A stretch of DNA of 64,000 bases, taken from Eledone cirrhosa. Lineage: Eukaryota. Position 1 is the stretch's first letter; each line of letters starts with the position of its first letter. Positions 13,093-25,965 of this stretch are shown here, in pieces. Below the pieces are notes generated by a model that worked only from the letters and a program-made list of their open reading frames with translations, ran no database searches and was not told the DNA's origin. Both the position numbers and the translations under genes were made by a program. The stretch covers positions 264,182,001 through 264,246,000 of the forward strand of contig OZ024742.1 of the NCBI GenBank assembly GCA_964016885.1, written 5' to 3'.

Positions 13093-13323
13093 TTATGATA
13101 TATTGTTCGACATATATACATTTTGTTTGATTGATATATCTGTCTTTCTATCGAACTATCTTTATAAGACTATTTCACACTTCACCTTTAGCACCAACAT
13201 TTCTGAGTGTACGTATAGCAATATACATCACGTGACATATGAAGCGTGTTAGAAATGGTTAGAGTGCCAGCTGTGATTTTTGTGTCAGATTGATATAGCG
13301 GATTTACAAATTTTTCAACGGTT

Positions 13324-13388
<65 letters not shown>

Positions 13389-13411
13389 CCTCTCTCTCTC
13401 TCTCTCTCTCT

Positions 13412-13463
<52 letters not shown>

Positions 13464-13602
13464 CTGTCCAGAATTAGCCGTCGAAACGGCTTGAGCTCAG
13501 CCGTCGGGGTCTTACTGGTTCCTATTACCCACTCTACTACCCTAAGTATTGAGTACTTTGGTGCGTTATGGTCCACCTTGTTCCTTACCATATTTCCTTC
13601 GT

Positions 13603-13604
<2 letters not shown>
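13464..13604 (+). mobile_element. (TA)n-inserted short element carrying the 3' half of a hammerhead (copy 1 of 3)
   Basis: GAAAC-GGC-ttgagctca-GCC-GTC forms stem III with a GUC site. Family copies at 14822-14999 and 35631-35836. Confidence 0.7.
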
Positions 13605-13634
<30 letters not shown>

Positions 13635-13640
13635 TATATA

Positions 13641-13954
<314 letters not shown>

Positions 13955-14004
13955 ATATATCACATAGGAACGGAGAATCAGTGTTGCGACGAATAAAATT
14001 TATT

Positions 14005-14101
14005 AGACATGTTACAATCGTTTCTCTGGCGACCAGCTGGAGGCACGATCGATGCAATGATCGAAGCTGTCTCTGAAATCGCAAGGTCCTCAGATACGTC
14101 T
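14005..14101 (-). ncRNA. Candidate type-I hammerhead ribozyme with extended stem II
   Basis: Minus strand agacgtat CTGAGGA ccttgcgat...gtcgccaga GAAAC GATT GTA acatgtct AATAAA. Stem I has 7 of 8 pairs; flanked by (TA)n. Confidence 0.65.
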
Positions 14102-14129
14102 CGATTCTACGAAGCAGAGTTATATATAT

Positions 14130-14661
14130 ATCTATATATAAAAAGTATCTGAGCAAGCGGTTATTAAACAATTCTCTAAATAAATTAAAAAACGATTTAA
14201 ATAATCACCTGTTCCATTGCTGTTACCGACGGTTTCATCATTCCAAAAGATTGGAAATCCAGAGAATTTCCAATGGAAAGAAATGAATCTTCAGACAGCC
14301 TATTACCACACCATAAGGTTGCAAGCCCTATAGTGAGTAAATATTTCGCTTCCTGCCTAACGCATGCGGTCAAGCCGTTAAAATGACACACACGCAAAAT
14401 CAGGTCGCTGATAATAGCTGTTTATTATAAACATGTTGATATTGCCACTAAAATTAGCAGCATTATTCAACGTTTTGTTCTCTACATAAGAAGAAAAATT
14501 ATAAAAGTGGATGAATACCTCAACAGGTACTATGTACTTGTAGAAATATGCAGGTTGTTTATAATATTTGAGGTTCAATGGTACTAATTCGAGATGCCAG
14601 AACAATATAAAAAGTAGCGAAGCAAGCGGTTATTAAACAATTCTCTAAATAAATTAAAAAA

Positions 14662-14665
<4 letters not shown>
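14130..14665 (+). mobile_element. Probable non-autonomous Helitron-like fragment with 60-bp direct repeat
   Basis: Starts A|TCTATATATAAAA; agcaagcggttattaaacaattctctaaataaattaaaaaacgat occurs at about 14152 and 14621. Confidence 0.4.
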
Positions 14666-14698
<33 letters not shown>

Positions 14699-14821
14699 TC
14701 TCGATAAATAGATACATAGCTGTTGGAAGAGAGACTATTTACTTCCTCTGTGATGGACAAAGGGGGGGGGGGGGGGGGGGCAAAGAGCAAACAATTCCTC
14801 TTCATATATATATATATATAT

Positions 14822-15119
<298 letters not shown>

Positions 15120-15268
15120 ATATTTTGAGTATATGTTGGTTGTATACCAACACCTCAGTATGCAGGCTGGAGCACTCGACGAAGTGCGCAGGTTGGTTTG
15201 GTTACTCCGGAGTAATGTAAAATAAAGTAAAATAAAAGTCAAATGTTTAAAATTTAGCTTCGTTTATT

Positions 15269-15323
15269 ACTGCTATATATATTTCAGTGACAGCCATCTT
15301 TGGCTGTGACCTCTTCAGTCAGT
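15269..15323 (-). ncRNA. Hammerhead ribozyme candidate, left palindrome arm
   Basis: Mirror copy of 15561-15615. Confidence 0.7.
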
Positions 15324-15560
15324 CCGAATTAGTGTGGTATAGACAAGTACATATGTTGTTGAGGTGTATAATTTTGTCAATACTCTGATATGCCCAGTTC
15401 CTGGTTGGGTTGTTATTTCACTGAGGAACTGGAATCATGATTCATATGATTCCAGTTCCTCAGTGAAATAACAACCCAACCAGGAACTGGGCATATCAGA
15501 GTATTGACAAAATTATACACCTCAACAACATATGTACTTGTCTATACCACACTAATTCGG

Positions 15561-15615
15561 ACTGACTGAAGAGGTCACAGCCAAAGATGGCTGTCACCGA
15601 AATATATATAGCAGT
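15561..15615 (+). ncRNA. Hammerhead ribozyme candidate, right palindrome arm
   Basis: actga CTGAAGA ggtcacagcca aaga tggctgtcacc GAAA T ATAT ATA gcagt AATAAA: intact core, 11-bp stem II (1 mismatch), palindromic loop III, A.G mismatch at the base of stem I. Confidence 0.75.
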
Positions 15616-15659
15616 AATAAACGAAGCTAAATTTTAAACATTTGACTTTTATTTTACTT

Positions 15660-15708
<49 letters not shown>

Positions 15709-16195
15709 TATTGAAGTTTCCGTTGAAAATTGAAAAAGTCATAGGAGTGCTCTATGTAAGTGCCAGACCTAAATTTAATGTATAATAAGCAATACAATGG
15801 TAATGAGGTAATTATATTGTATTGTTTATTATATATATATATATATATATAGCTTGCTTCCCCTCAAGAGTTAACATTGCTATATTGTCTTAATGAAAAT
15901 TATTTTGCATTTGATCAAATAGATATACTTTTATCATCGGAAGTGCAGAGAGAGTCGTATGATAATTTCACTGTTCATAAACTCAGTAATTGTTTCTACT
16001 TTAGGCACAGGGCCAGCAATTACCCAGTACATTACTGGTACTTTATTTTATCGACCCCGTATGGATGAAAGGCAAAGTTAACCTCGGCGGGATTTGAACT
16101 CAGACTGTAAAGGGACGTAACTATGCTAGAAAGCATGGCGTCCAACCCTCTACCGATACTGCCAATCCACCGTCGAGCGACAAAACTCAGTAATA

Positions 16196-16565
16196 TGGAT
16201 GCAACATGCTCGAATGGTTAATAATTTCATTTTGCAATCATGAGGTCTCGGGTCCAATTTCAATCCGTCTCATTTTGAATAAGTGTCTTTAACCATAGCC
16301 TTAGGTCGTTTCAAACTTTCGGGAATTAAATGGGTAGACCGAGACGGCGCATAAGTAAGTTTACCCGTAAGTTTGCCCGTAAGTTTGCCCGTACATATAA
16401 TTCAATGTCTAACCATGTCACATTTTGTCACACTGATTTTGCCTGAATATTACGCTATGGGTACACGTGTCTCAGGGTTACTGAGATACATAAACACTAA
16501 TTCAATGAGCAGATAGTTCAGTTGATCAAACAACGGAAAGATCACCGTCGAAATCGATGGAGTTT
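16196..16565 (+). mobile_element. Old degraded tRNA-derived SINE (second family)
   Basis: Decayed A/B-box-like head (gctcgaatggtta...gggtccaatttc) followed by a non-coding body. Confidence 0.45.
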
Positions 16566-16809
16566 TATACATCGTTGTATACAAGCCAGTGTTATACGCA
16601 AACACTAACCGTCAATATCACAAATACGTTCAATTTGCTTCGTGAACCACTTGGCAAGAGTGCTCAAAATTCATTTCAAAAATAGAATTTAAAATTAACT
16701 TACAGGGGTGAGTTATTTTTTATGTGCAAAGTGATTTGCAGAGAGTTCAGTAATAGTAAAAGAAATGATCGGGTAAGTAGCAGAAATATCTATTATATAA
16801 TAATATATA

Positions 16810-17212
16810 TAGTTTCTGATTTAAGTACAAGGCCAGCAATTTGAAGGGAAGGGGAAAGTCGATTAAATCGACCTCAGTGCGTGACTGGTAACGGTGGATT
16901 GGCAGTATCGGTAGAGAGTCGACGCCATGCTTTCCAACATAGTTACGTCCCTTTACGGTCTGAGTTCAAATCCCACCGAGGTTCACTTTGCCTTTCATCC
17001 TTACGGGGTCGATAAAATAAAGTACCAGTAATGTACTGGTGAATTGCTGGCCTTGTGCCAAAAGTAGAAACAGGTAATTTATTTTATCGTCCCCGTAAAG
17101 ATGAAAGGCAAATCTAACCTCGGTGGTATTTTAATTCAGAATGTAAAGAGCTGGAGCTCTATGCCACGAAGAGTGGTCTCCGACGCTCTACCGATACTTC
17201 CAATATACCAGC
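16810..17212 (-). mobile_element. Older long-subfamily SINE interrupted by a younger antisense SINE (16891-17072)
   Basis: The host continues collinearly on both sides; the insert is flanked by ggtaa (16887-16891 / 17073-17077). Confidence 0.75.
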
Positions 17213-17314
17213 TTCATCTATATAATAATGGCACTGCGGTTTTTTTGTTTTTTTTGCCCGTCTATTATACGAACGCTACACATTGACAGAACCATTCTAA
17301 AATTGGTGCAAGTT

Positions 17315-19095
17315 TTATTTAGAATTGGAGACTTCAATGCACATGTTGGCACTGACCAATTGGCATGGAAAAGAGTGATTGGAAGGAATGGTGATTTCGA
17401 TCTAAATACGAATGGAGAAGCCTTATTAGACTTCTATTCTAGTAATGAGCTCTCTAATATGAACATGTTCTTCTAAAAATACACATGGTATAAGCGAAAT
17501 CGGGTACAGAGATCAGCAATTGATTTTGTTATTCTCTCTGATCTCTTTGATTCTGTGTTGCATATTCGTGGGCTGTCAACTGATCACCATCTAGTTATCT
17601 GTAGACTGAGGTTAATTAAAGCCAAGAAAACCCACAAAACTTACAGGCCCTGGGAAGCGCTAGTGGATAAGGAAGTCAGGACCAGGTATGCAGATACTAT
17701 AGCATCCAAATTCAGAGAACTCCCTGAGCATGGCCGTTGAAACTGAGTGGTGACTGTTCGACTCAGCAGTTTCTGTTTCATCTGTTAAAAGCTGCGGGGA
17801 GAAAGCGGCTTGATGTGACAAGAAGATTCCTTGATTCAGTTACGAAGTTAAAGATGCCATCCCCGTTAAAATCTAATCCAAATATCAGGCAAAAAGATGT
17901 AGTTATATTGCCGAGTCCAATCTAGCTGGACGAACAATGGCGCTTTTGTCCTGGATACAGCACAACCGACCAAATATTCACACAGGCAGGTCTTCGAGAA
18001 AGCGTGAGAATATTGCCAGGAGTGGTATTCTTGTTTCGTAGACCTCGAAAAGGCATACAATCGCGTTCCATAGGACCTGTTGTGGAAGGAAGCTTCTACA
18101 AGAGTTTGGGATCGATAGACAACTTCATATTGCTCTGAAGTCTCTATAAGAATGCCCTAATATTTGTGTTTGGATAAATTGTATTAAATCGAAACCATTG
18201 AATGTGGGTGTCGGACTCCTCCAAGGGTGCGTACAGATAACTCTCCTGTTCATAATCTTCATGATACGCGTAGTTTGGTTGAACGTGTGGACATGGTAAA
18301 ATAATAAAATGACTGGAATTGGCAGACGGCATAGAATTACTTAACTCGTCGGAAAGTTATCTCCTACATGCACGTGATAGATTTACTGGCGGGTGTTGCA
18401 CGGCTAGAATGAAAATTAGTGCTGTGAAGACATACACTCGTGCTCCAAATGAAGCCTGCACACTGCACATTACTTGTGAGTGGAGTTCCACTCTAGCAGG
18501 TGGAAATTTCAAGTATCTCGGGGACGTTTTCACGAGTAATGTAAGACAGGAGGCTGAATTAAGTGCAAGAATTGCAGGAGGTGGTGCAGTAATGTGCCAA
18601 CTTCAACATTCGATAATGAGAAAGATGTAGGTAGGTGTAAAAGCCAAACTCGCTATCTTCAATCCAGTATTCGCGTTAACCATTACCTTTGGACATAAAT
18701 CTTGGTAAATCATCCACACATACGATCGCCAATACAGGCGCCAGAAATAGGGTTCCCCGAAGGATCTTTGGAGTAACGTTACTCGATAGACTGCGTAGCT
18801 CGGAGAACAGAGAGTCAGTCCAGGTAGAACCGCTACTTCTCTGAATTGAGATATCACAGCTTCGATACTATGGGCATGTGGTTAAAATGTCTCAGGAAAA
18901 AATTGCCGGCCAAATCATCCGGCAGGAGATCCAGGAGTAGACCCCGAACAAGATGGTTGGATAACATCCATGAGCTTGGCTGGTCTCGCTTGGGGATCAG
19001 TTGGAGACACTTGCTTCTGATAGGACCCGCTAGAAGGCGTGCTTGAGGATTATGCCCCCACGACCCTTCCAGGAATAAGTGAGCAAAGAAGATAT
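17315..19095 (+). mobile_element. Degraded RTE-clade LINE (APE + RT + 3' end)
   Basis: IGDFNAHVG, STDHHLV, FVDLEKAYNRVP, FKYLG, GRRSRSRPRTRWLDNI; many stops and frameshifts. Confidence 0.9.
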
Positions 19096-19561
19096 ATAGA
19101 TGAGAGAGAGGGGCAGGGTCTAATATGTGTTTGTGTTTATGTGTGTAAGTGTGACAGACTAAAAGAGAAGGTCTGTTATATTAAGGCCTAGCAGTTTAGT
19201 GATAAGCGGATAAAACATCGGATAGAATGATATACATTCTTCGTTTCGACTCTCTTCACTCTGAGTTCAAATGCTGACGTGACTATCGACTATTAATGGA
19301 CTCGCTTTTCATGAACACCTTCTTCCAGCACAGGGACATCCATAAATATACATGGTGAAAATAGGCAATGACGCAAAAAAGATTGGGAACCCCTGAAATA
19401 CAGCAATGTTGGAAGCTAAATTCTAATTCTATTCTATTTTAATTTGAGCCAACTTATACAGCTTCATATGCAAATGAGATTAATCACCACATTTACACAG
19501 ACGAAAAAAACTATATATTTTCGCCTGTTTTCAAAGTCCAGCAGTTGCAAGAACGGGGGAG

Positions 19562-19605
19562 ACCATCCTGACGAGAACCTGTCGAGTTCGAAATGCATCG
19601 ATGGT
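19562..19605 (+). ncRNA. Canonical minimal type-I hammerhead ribozyme
   Basis: accatc CTGACGA gaac ctgtcga gttc GAAA T GC A TC gatggt: perfect 6-bp stem I, 4-bp stem II, palindromic UGCA stem/loop III, AUC site (cleavage predicted after 19599). The host repeat (about 19510-19773) is homologous to 41595-41840. Confidence 0.85.
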
Positions 19606-19770
19606 TGTCCCCTCTTGCTTCTGCCGAACATCGCTCAGTGGCGTTGGCTGCCAGCGTTATTCATAGCTATGGCTTTCTAAATCTTTATTTATAAACATAC
19701 CGTATTTCTTTCAAAATACGAAATTCAAATACATATTTGTATACAGCTATGTTCGAAGCTAAATTCTAAT

Positions 19771-19867
<97 letters not shown>

Positions 19868-20029
19868 GTTAACAGCCGAAGTGTATGATAAAATTATATC
19901 TGTATAAATACAGAGTGGGTAACTGAGACTGCACCAATGTGTATATATACACATATTTAATATGCATACCAGAAATTACGTATTTGCCGGTAAACTGAAA
20001 AATTGATAAACACTTTTAATCGATTTTCA

Positions 20030-21720
20030 TCATATGATTAGGCTGGATGTTCAAAATGTTGCATTCTAATTTATGTTGTGCATACATTGTGCACTTCCAG
20101 TGTAACTGGATAGCAGGATGTATGTTCAATGTCTTCCTCGACTGCATCATTGTTTGTGCTTTATAACAGTTAAATGTACGAATCTACTATTCCATTATAA
20201 TGAGTTCTAATGTAATTTAGTCTTCTAAATTTCTCCTTTCCAAAGATATCAGAAGCATATTGTTGACATAGATCTTGGCTAAGGTGCAATGCATTAAACC
20301 ATGACACAGTATACATAAAAGTCCTTGCATGAAACTGTTTTTCTCATCTCACCTGAAAAACATTAAAGTAATATCCATTGTAGCATATATGAGGATATTG
20401 TGGGGCATCATATGCCCAGTGTTCCTAATCATTTTAATTCTGTATTTGAATGGTTTATTATGTTCTTGTGATGTACTAATCATGGTTAAATCGTTGCATT
20501 CTGGAGCATTAAATCTTTGTTGATGTTCTCTCGAGTCTATTTGTGAACATCACTCACCATTTTGAAGTTTAATGTGAGTTTTTTTTCAAAGGTAAATTTA
20601 AAACTTTACATAGCTGCTCATAGAATATACAATTTCTTGAAGTTTTAAACATAAATCAAACCTACATCATTATTCAGCTTATTTGTTCAAATAACCAGCA
20701 ATGTATAATTACTGAAGTTAAGAGGAGGCAAAGGACCAATCATGCGGTCTATTCTCTTTCATATACACATAGATACACCAGGTCCAAACACAAAGGAACC
20801 AAAATCCCACTGTCACCACCTCCGTCTCTCCCGCTCTCCCTATCTCTCACTAATAGGAGGAAATAGAGGCCCTGCAGTCCTGGTGGGCAGAATAGAGATG
20901 GTGTTTCCCCAGAAGATGGTGAGGAAGATCTGCTGGAAGAGCCATTCCCACTCACGAGGCTCACACCTGCAGGAATCCAGCTCTGTGCCGATGGTAGTGA
21001 CCAGGGATGTGGCCCTAGCAACAAGGCCACTAGAAGTCTCCACTGCCATGGGCTCAACTGAAAACCTGTTGAAGAGTAACCGATATTTGGAGAGTGTACA
21101 CTCTTTGGCCTGAAGTACAGCAGAGCTGGGTTTGTTGCACACTGCACCATGTTGCTGCAGGAGAATGTGTTACTGCATGTGGCATCCCAGATGAGGGTTT
21201 TACCATCGTGGAACAGGAAAATGGTCATGCTGTCTGACCTTTTGCCATCACCTCAGTCTAGCTCCACCAGCTGAAGCTGGGTGGAGAAGCCTGCAACATA
21301 CAAGCCGTGGAGACTTCCTGTGTTCTTGGTCCCCAGACCACATCCGTACTGATAGGTTTGTGGTAGACTACGTTGAGAGCAGCATGGCATGGAAGGCAGC
21401 CGGCACTTTAGCGGCAGGACAGTGGGGGAGGCCGAAAGAGTCTATGGTGGATTCACAGCAGCATTTATGTGACTCACAGATCCAAAGGCCAAGCATGAGG
21501 GAAACCCGAATTCACAGGCTATCATTGTCTAGCTGCATCCCAGTTGAAAAGGAGGGTGAGGCATTGAGCCAGGCACCGCTGTGGGGTTGTGAATTTCCTC
21601 CTATTTGAAGATTGGTATGAAACCTGTTTCATGAATGATATTAGCTCCAAATGATGCTATTTGGAATGCACAGCTACAAGCCCGAATACTTTTGAGGATT
21701 CAGTAATTGTGTCTATTACA
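20030..21720 (-). pseudogene. Helitron Rep N-terminal pseudogene, split by a CRE insertion
   Basis: 21720-21603: KSIRACSCAFQIASFGANIIHETGFIPIFK; 20750-20030: MIGPLPPL..VSCKDFYVYCVMV..LHLSQDLCQQY..RRLNYIR..LSSYTGSAQCM, similar to Helitron FQMTSFGA / LFQQY / LPSSFTGSPRYM. Confidence 0.75.
20765..21602 (-). mobile_element. CRE-clade non-LTR 3' fragment (Zn finger + RLE)
   Basis: GAWLNASP..., DGKRSDSMTIFLFHDGKTLIWDATCSNT, FSVEPMAVETSSG, EPREWEWLFQQIFLTIFWGN. Confidence 0.85.
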
Positions 21721-21864
21721 GCATGGTTTGAGATGAAATCATTGGAGACAATCTTATCAGATTCATAACCAAAAGTTGTATCATTGTTAAAAACTTTGTT
21801 CCATAGTTTTGAAATAAATGGGCTTATTCTTTGGTGAGTATACCTTATGTGATCTAAGTGATGT

Positions 21865-22270
21865 TACATAGTAGTGATACATGGGTATTAAATACTGAGG
21901 ATATGCAAAGGCTAGAGAGAAATGAAGTGAGCACGCTTAGGTGGATGTGCAATGCTCATGTACTTGAGCACCTAAGCATAGACGAACTGCAAGAAAATCT
22001 GAATATCAGAGGAATCAGATGTATTGTGTAGGAGAGAAGACTGTACTAGTACAGTCATGTGATGCATATGTATGATAACTGTTGAGGGAAGAACTGCCAA
22101 GAAATCCCAGTGGTGGGAGGACAAAGAAGACCTTGGCAGAGGTGAGAGCTGATCTTAAATCACTGAATATCTGAGTTAGGTTTATGAAAGACTGTAATGA
22201 GTGGAGGGATGCTGTGTTGGAAATAACCCTTACAACTATGGAAAAATTGATGTAAAATAGAGATGATAAT
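21865..22270 (+). mobile_element. Degraded RTE-like LINE 3' fragment
   Basis: EDMQRLERNEVSTLRWMCN...; homologous to 51212-51620. Confidence 0.8.
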
Positions 22271-22699
22271 AAAAGCACTGTTGCTATTGGTGCTTAGATT
22301 TTTGCCAATGACAGTTGACTACACACATTCTATCCTTCATATCATTGCACCTTTGTTCCAGTGGTTCTTGCTATCAACAATTCACTTCATTCATTCTATA
22401 TTTTTCAAGCCTTTAGTGTATTTGTTCTGGTGATTTTGTGTTAGTAGTTTGTTTCACACATATTTTCTTCCAGCCTTTGTTGTCTTTCTTTTCGGTCATC
22501 TACCTTGCAGAGTTTAAGCAGCTTCTTAATTAAAAGGTTTTATCAAATTGTTATTTGACTGTCAGCCACGTTGATGACAAACTTAAAAAGCACAGAGAAT
22601 AACTGTCCCAGTGAAATAAGTTGATTTTGGAATAGATTAAGCTGTATTTAGCTCAGAAATTTGCATTTCATAATTACTTGACACATGTTATAATGAAAT

Positions 22700-25600
22700 A
22701 CCACCTATTAGTAATTACATCTCTATGCATGCTTAGAGACTCAATAAAAACACATACCAAGTAAACAAGGATTGAATTTAATGTGTGCATTCCAGTTATA
22801 AAGTGTTTGGGTCTATATTATCCAATGTACTTCCCTTTTTTAAATGATAAAGAAAGATTTCACTGTTTTCAGTAGGTTGAGCGACGATGTAGAGGCTTCT
22901 ACAAGGTATTTTTTGGATGTTTATTTACTTCCTACTTGCACAAGTTTTCAATTGGGTTTCTCCATCTCCTTTCTTTATTTGAACACTAACTTCTTCATTT
23001 TCTCCCAACACCCTGATGCTTCATCCATTTCTCAGCAATACTCTTGCAGCCTTCTTAATAAAATTATAATGGAATGTTTTAATAAAAGTATGAACATTTT
23101 AAAATGGGCAGTTTAGTATCATAGAACTAGTCATGGTTTAAGGTGAGCTGATATCAGAAAGGTTAAAGCTCATGAAGGCAATAACTTAATATTCATTAAA
23201 GCAAGTGGGAGTTATTTACTGCATTATTTCATTGCCTTGTCTGTTTGTATTAGATGTAACCAAGTAGTTTTTTATATCACTCTATTATATTGTTCATTTG
23301 TCCCCTTTGGAAATTAGTCATTCTAGTTTTATGAATATTCATCTACCTAAAAATTCCCAAAATTCAATACTTTCAAACTGATCACCATTGTCACTATGGA
23401 CAAAATATGAAGCTCTAACTAAACAATCTAAATAATGAGAGATATTAATTAATAGCTTGAGACACTGCTTTTCTTGAAGTAAATACAACAGGGTAATGCT
23501 TAACCTCAGCCAGATTTCAACCTTTTGCATGTATGGCGCAATCTAATTTTATCCATAACATGTTTTCCTAATAGATTATTACAATTGAATCTTTTCATAT
23601 AAGCAATTTGTATATCTAAGTTCAGATGAATTGTTTGTTATATCTATTTGTTCATAATTTGAGATTAATCCATTATATTTAGCATTCCCGTTAAGTCATC
23701 TACAACTAAATTATTTCTACTCAGTGTTATATTTCATATAAGAACTCTGAGCTCAACTAAAACTACTTTTGATCTGTAACAAGTTTTAATTTTTTTGCTA
23801 ATAGGTACAGTGTCATTTTTTCCATTCAACAGTAAGCCATTTCTTTTCAATATCATTTAATATATTTTAATAGAAGAAAATTGGCTGCCCATTTTATATA
23901 AGGAGAGAACCTATTGATGACAGGTTCAATATTAAAGCAGGTTGGGAACAGCTACTCAAGCTGCAGCACTTTCTTAATTGCATCAACATATTCAACCAAT
24001 GAAGGAAAACATTGATAATATTCAGCTTCAAATAAGGATGTTGGAGTTTCAGCAACATTTTTTCTCCTTTGAATAATATACACTTAACTTAATGAAAAGT
24101 TTAAATTCCCCAGCACAGGAAACCTAAGTAGTGGCTGCAGTCTCCCAGAGTCTGACAACATTTTACTTTCTCTAAACAGAGCAATGATAACTCAATCACT
24201 TTGAATTGACATTTTTAGGGTTAAGTGAGTACCCTACTACATGGATTTGTTTGAGAGTAGTTTGAACATTTTCATCATGCATTATTTTATTATCTCTGCA
24301 TATCACCATTTTATCAAAGCAATGAACTACCCTTTAACTCTTTAATAATTTACATCATATCTCTAATAAAATTTGCCACTACATTTATAACTCAAGAAAA
24401 TATCATGTGAATTGGAATATTTATTTGCCTGAAAAGCTGTAATATTTTGCTATCAAAAGGCAAAAGTACTTTATAATATACCAAAATAGGGTCAACAATA
24501 TTGAAATGATACTTTTTGTGAATTTGGCTTAAAACATCACAATTATATGGAATGGGAAATACATCTAATAGTAAAGAATGCCATTTTCTATCACTTTTGT
24601 TGACAACAACAATTTGAAAATGAAGATGATAATCTTGAAGTTACATATATTTCCCTATTCATCAGATTTATAATTTCAACTTTAATGAATTTATTGTGAT
24701 CAAATGAATGATTCCGACATATGTTTCTTGCTTTTATACACATTCCTAATCTTGAACCAATGTTAGAAGTTGTGAAGGTTTGTCAAAAATGCCATTAAAT
24801 TTAGCATCAATACATGAGGAGGACTCACTTAAGGATAGCGGTTTACATTTAAATTTAATAATTTTAAGGGTCTAAAATTTTCATAAGGCAATGATTTCCA
24901 AAATGGCAGCGTTAGATATTCCATAAACTATATCTTCCGTTACTCGGTTGTAGCTATTGCTTGTTTCAATGTTTACAATAGTCTTTCCAATTATGGTAAG
25001 TTTGTTTCTTTCAATAGATTACACCTTTTGAGATGATTTTCAGCCAAGCCATTTACAATATCTTTATGAATCAAAAACAATTTACTACTGTTATTAATAG
25101 GTTACCACTGATTGTACCTATTGTTTTTATTGTTTGGTCAGGGTAGGAAGGGCGGTGGCAAAACTCTTTTCAATGGCTCTGAGACTAGTATCCTTGTTTG
25201 ATTGCTTGCAACAGAGTGAACTCTGCTAAAGGCGACCAAGCATTATGTGGTGGCATTAAACAAGATGAGGGATTAAGCCTAATATCCAAGTACACTACTG
25301 CAATATTTAAACTCAGAACAATAAGAACCAAAGCCAAACTACTGCAAAGCATCTTGTCTAGTGCTCATAAAACTCTTCTCTGGACTCATATTTTATTTTA
25401 TCATTTACAATGTGAAAAAAGAAATTTCCACTTAAGTATTAGAAGAGATTATACTGCTGATATTATTGTTTTTTGACAAGGTTTTGAAAAATATAGTATT
25501 AAGGCATTATTTATCAAGAACAGGACATTCAACTATGTCATTCTGCAATGTGAATATTTTTCTAGCTTTAAGAGGCATGACCAAGCTATGGCAAACTGTT

Positions 25601-25965
25601 TTTCAACAGGGATTTTTTTAGTTTTTGGCAGAAAATGAAATAATCTCTCCCACAGATGATGTATGAAATTTACAATGTTTTGATATTTGTTAAAGAGAAC
25701 TGACAAAGTCATTATTAGGTTGTTCAGGCTGTGGTTTCAATGAATAGAGTCATATTAGACCCCTGAGTATATTTTTGCTGCTACTAAATTTAAAGGCAAT
25801 GCAATTTTTGTTCTTGAATAATATATAATGTCACCTTGTTTTGTAATTTCAGCTACCTTAATTGATCATAATACACCAGGGCCGTTCCTTTCAAATGTAA
25901 TAGAAATATATTTATTTTATTGTTCTCACCTGACTTCATAAGTCTACAACACCTTTCAAAAGAAT
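22700..25965 (-). mobile_element. Ancient Gypsy LTR-retrotransposon gag-pol relic (no LTRs recognised)
   Basis: Minus-strand order: gag (SFERCC..KINIFLLHLKGTALVYYDQL, about 25860-25960), protease-like (about 24880-25120), RT (LDVFPIP..HDENV..LNPK..DSGRLQPL, about 24050-24580), integrase (VHSDNGDQFESIEFWEFL..NIHKTR..EQYN, about 23260-23420). Boundaries approximate. Confidence 0.7.

Larger units (their letters stand above)
15218..15666. repeat. 449-bp palindrome (221-bp arms, 7-nt spacer), Penelope-like inverted pseudo-LTR pair
   Basis: Arms 15218-15438 and 15446-15666 are complementary, with one mismatch seen (15286/15598). The left arm continues about 95 bp further; flanked by (TA)n. Confidence 0.95.

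Noticed and set aside
24636-24670. Minus-strand CTGATGA-atagg-GAAA-TATATGTA
   Set aside because: Stem II cannot form and stem I is unsupported; it sits inside the Gypsy relic.
24889-24996. Apparent plus-strand exon (ag|GCAATG...TATG|gtaagt) with an open frame
   Set aside because: It lies antisense to the protease region of the Gypsy relic and has no convincing partner exons or protein family.
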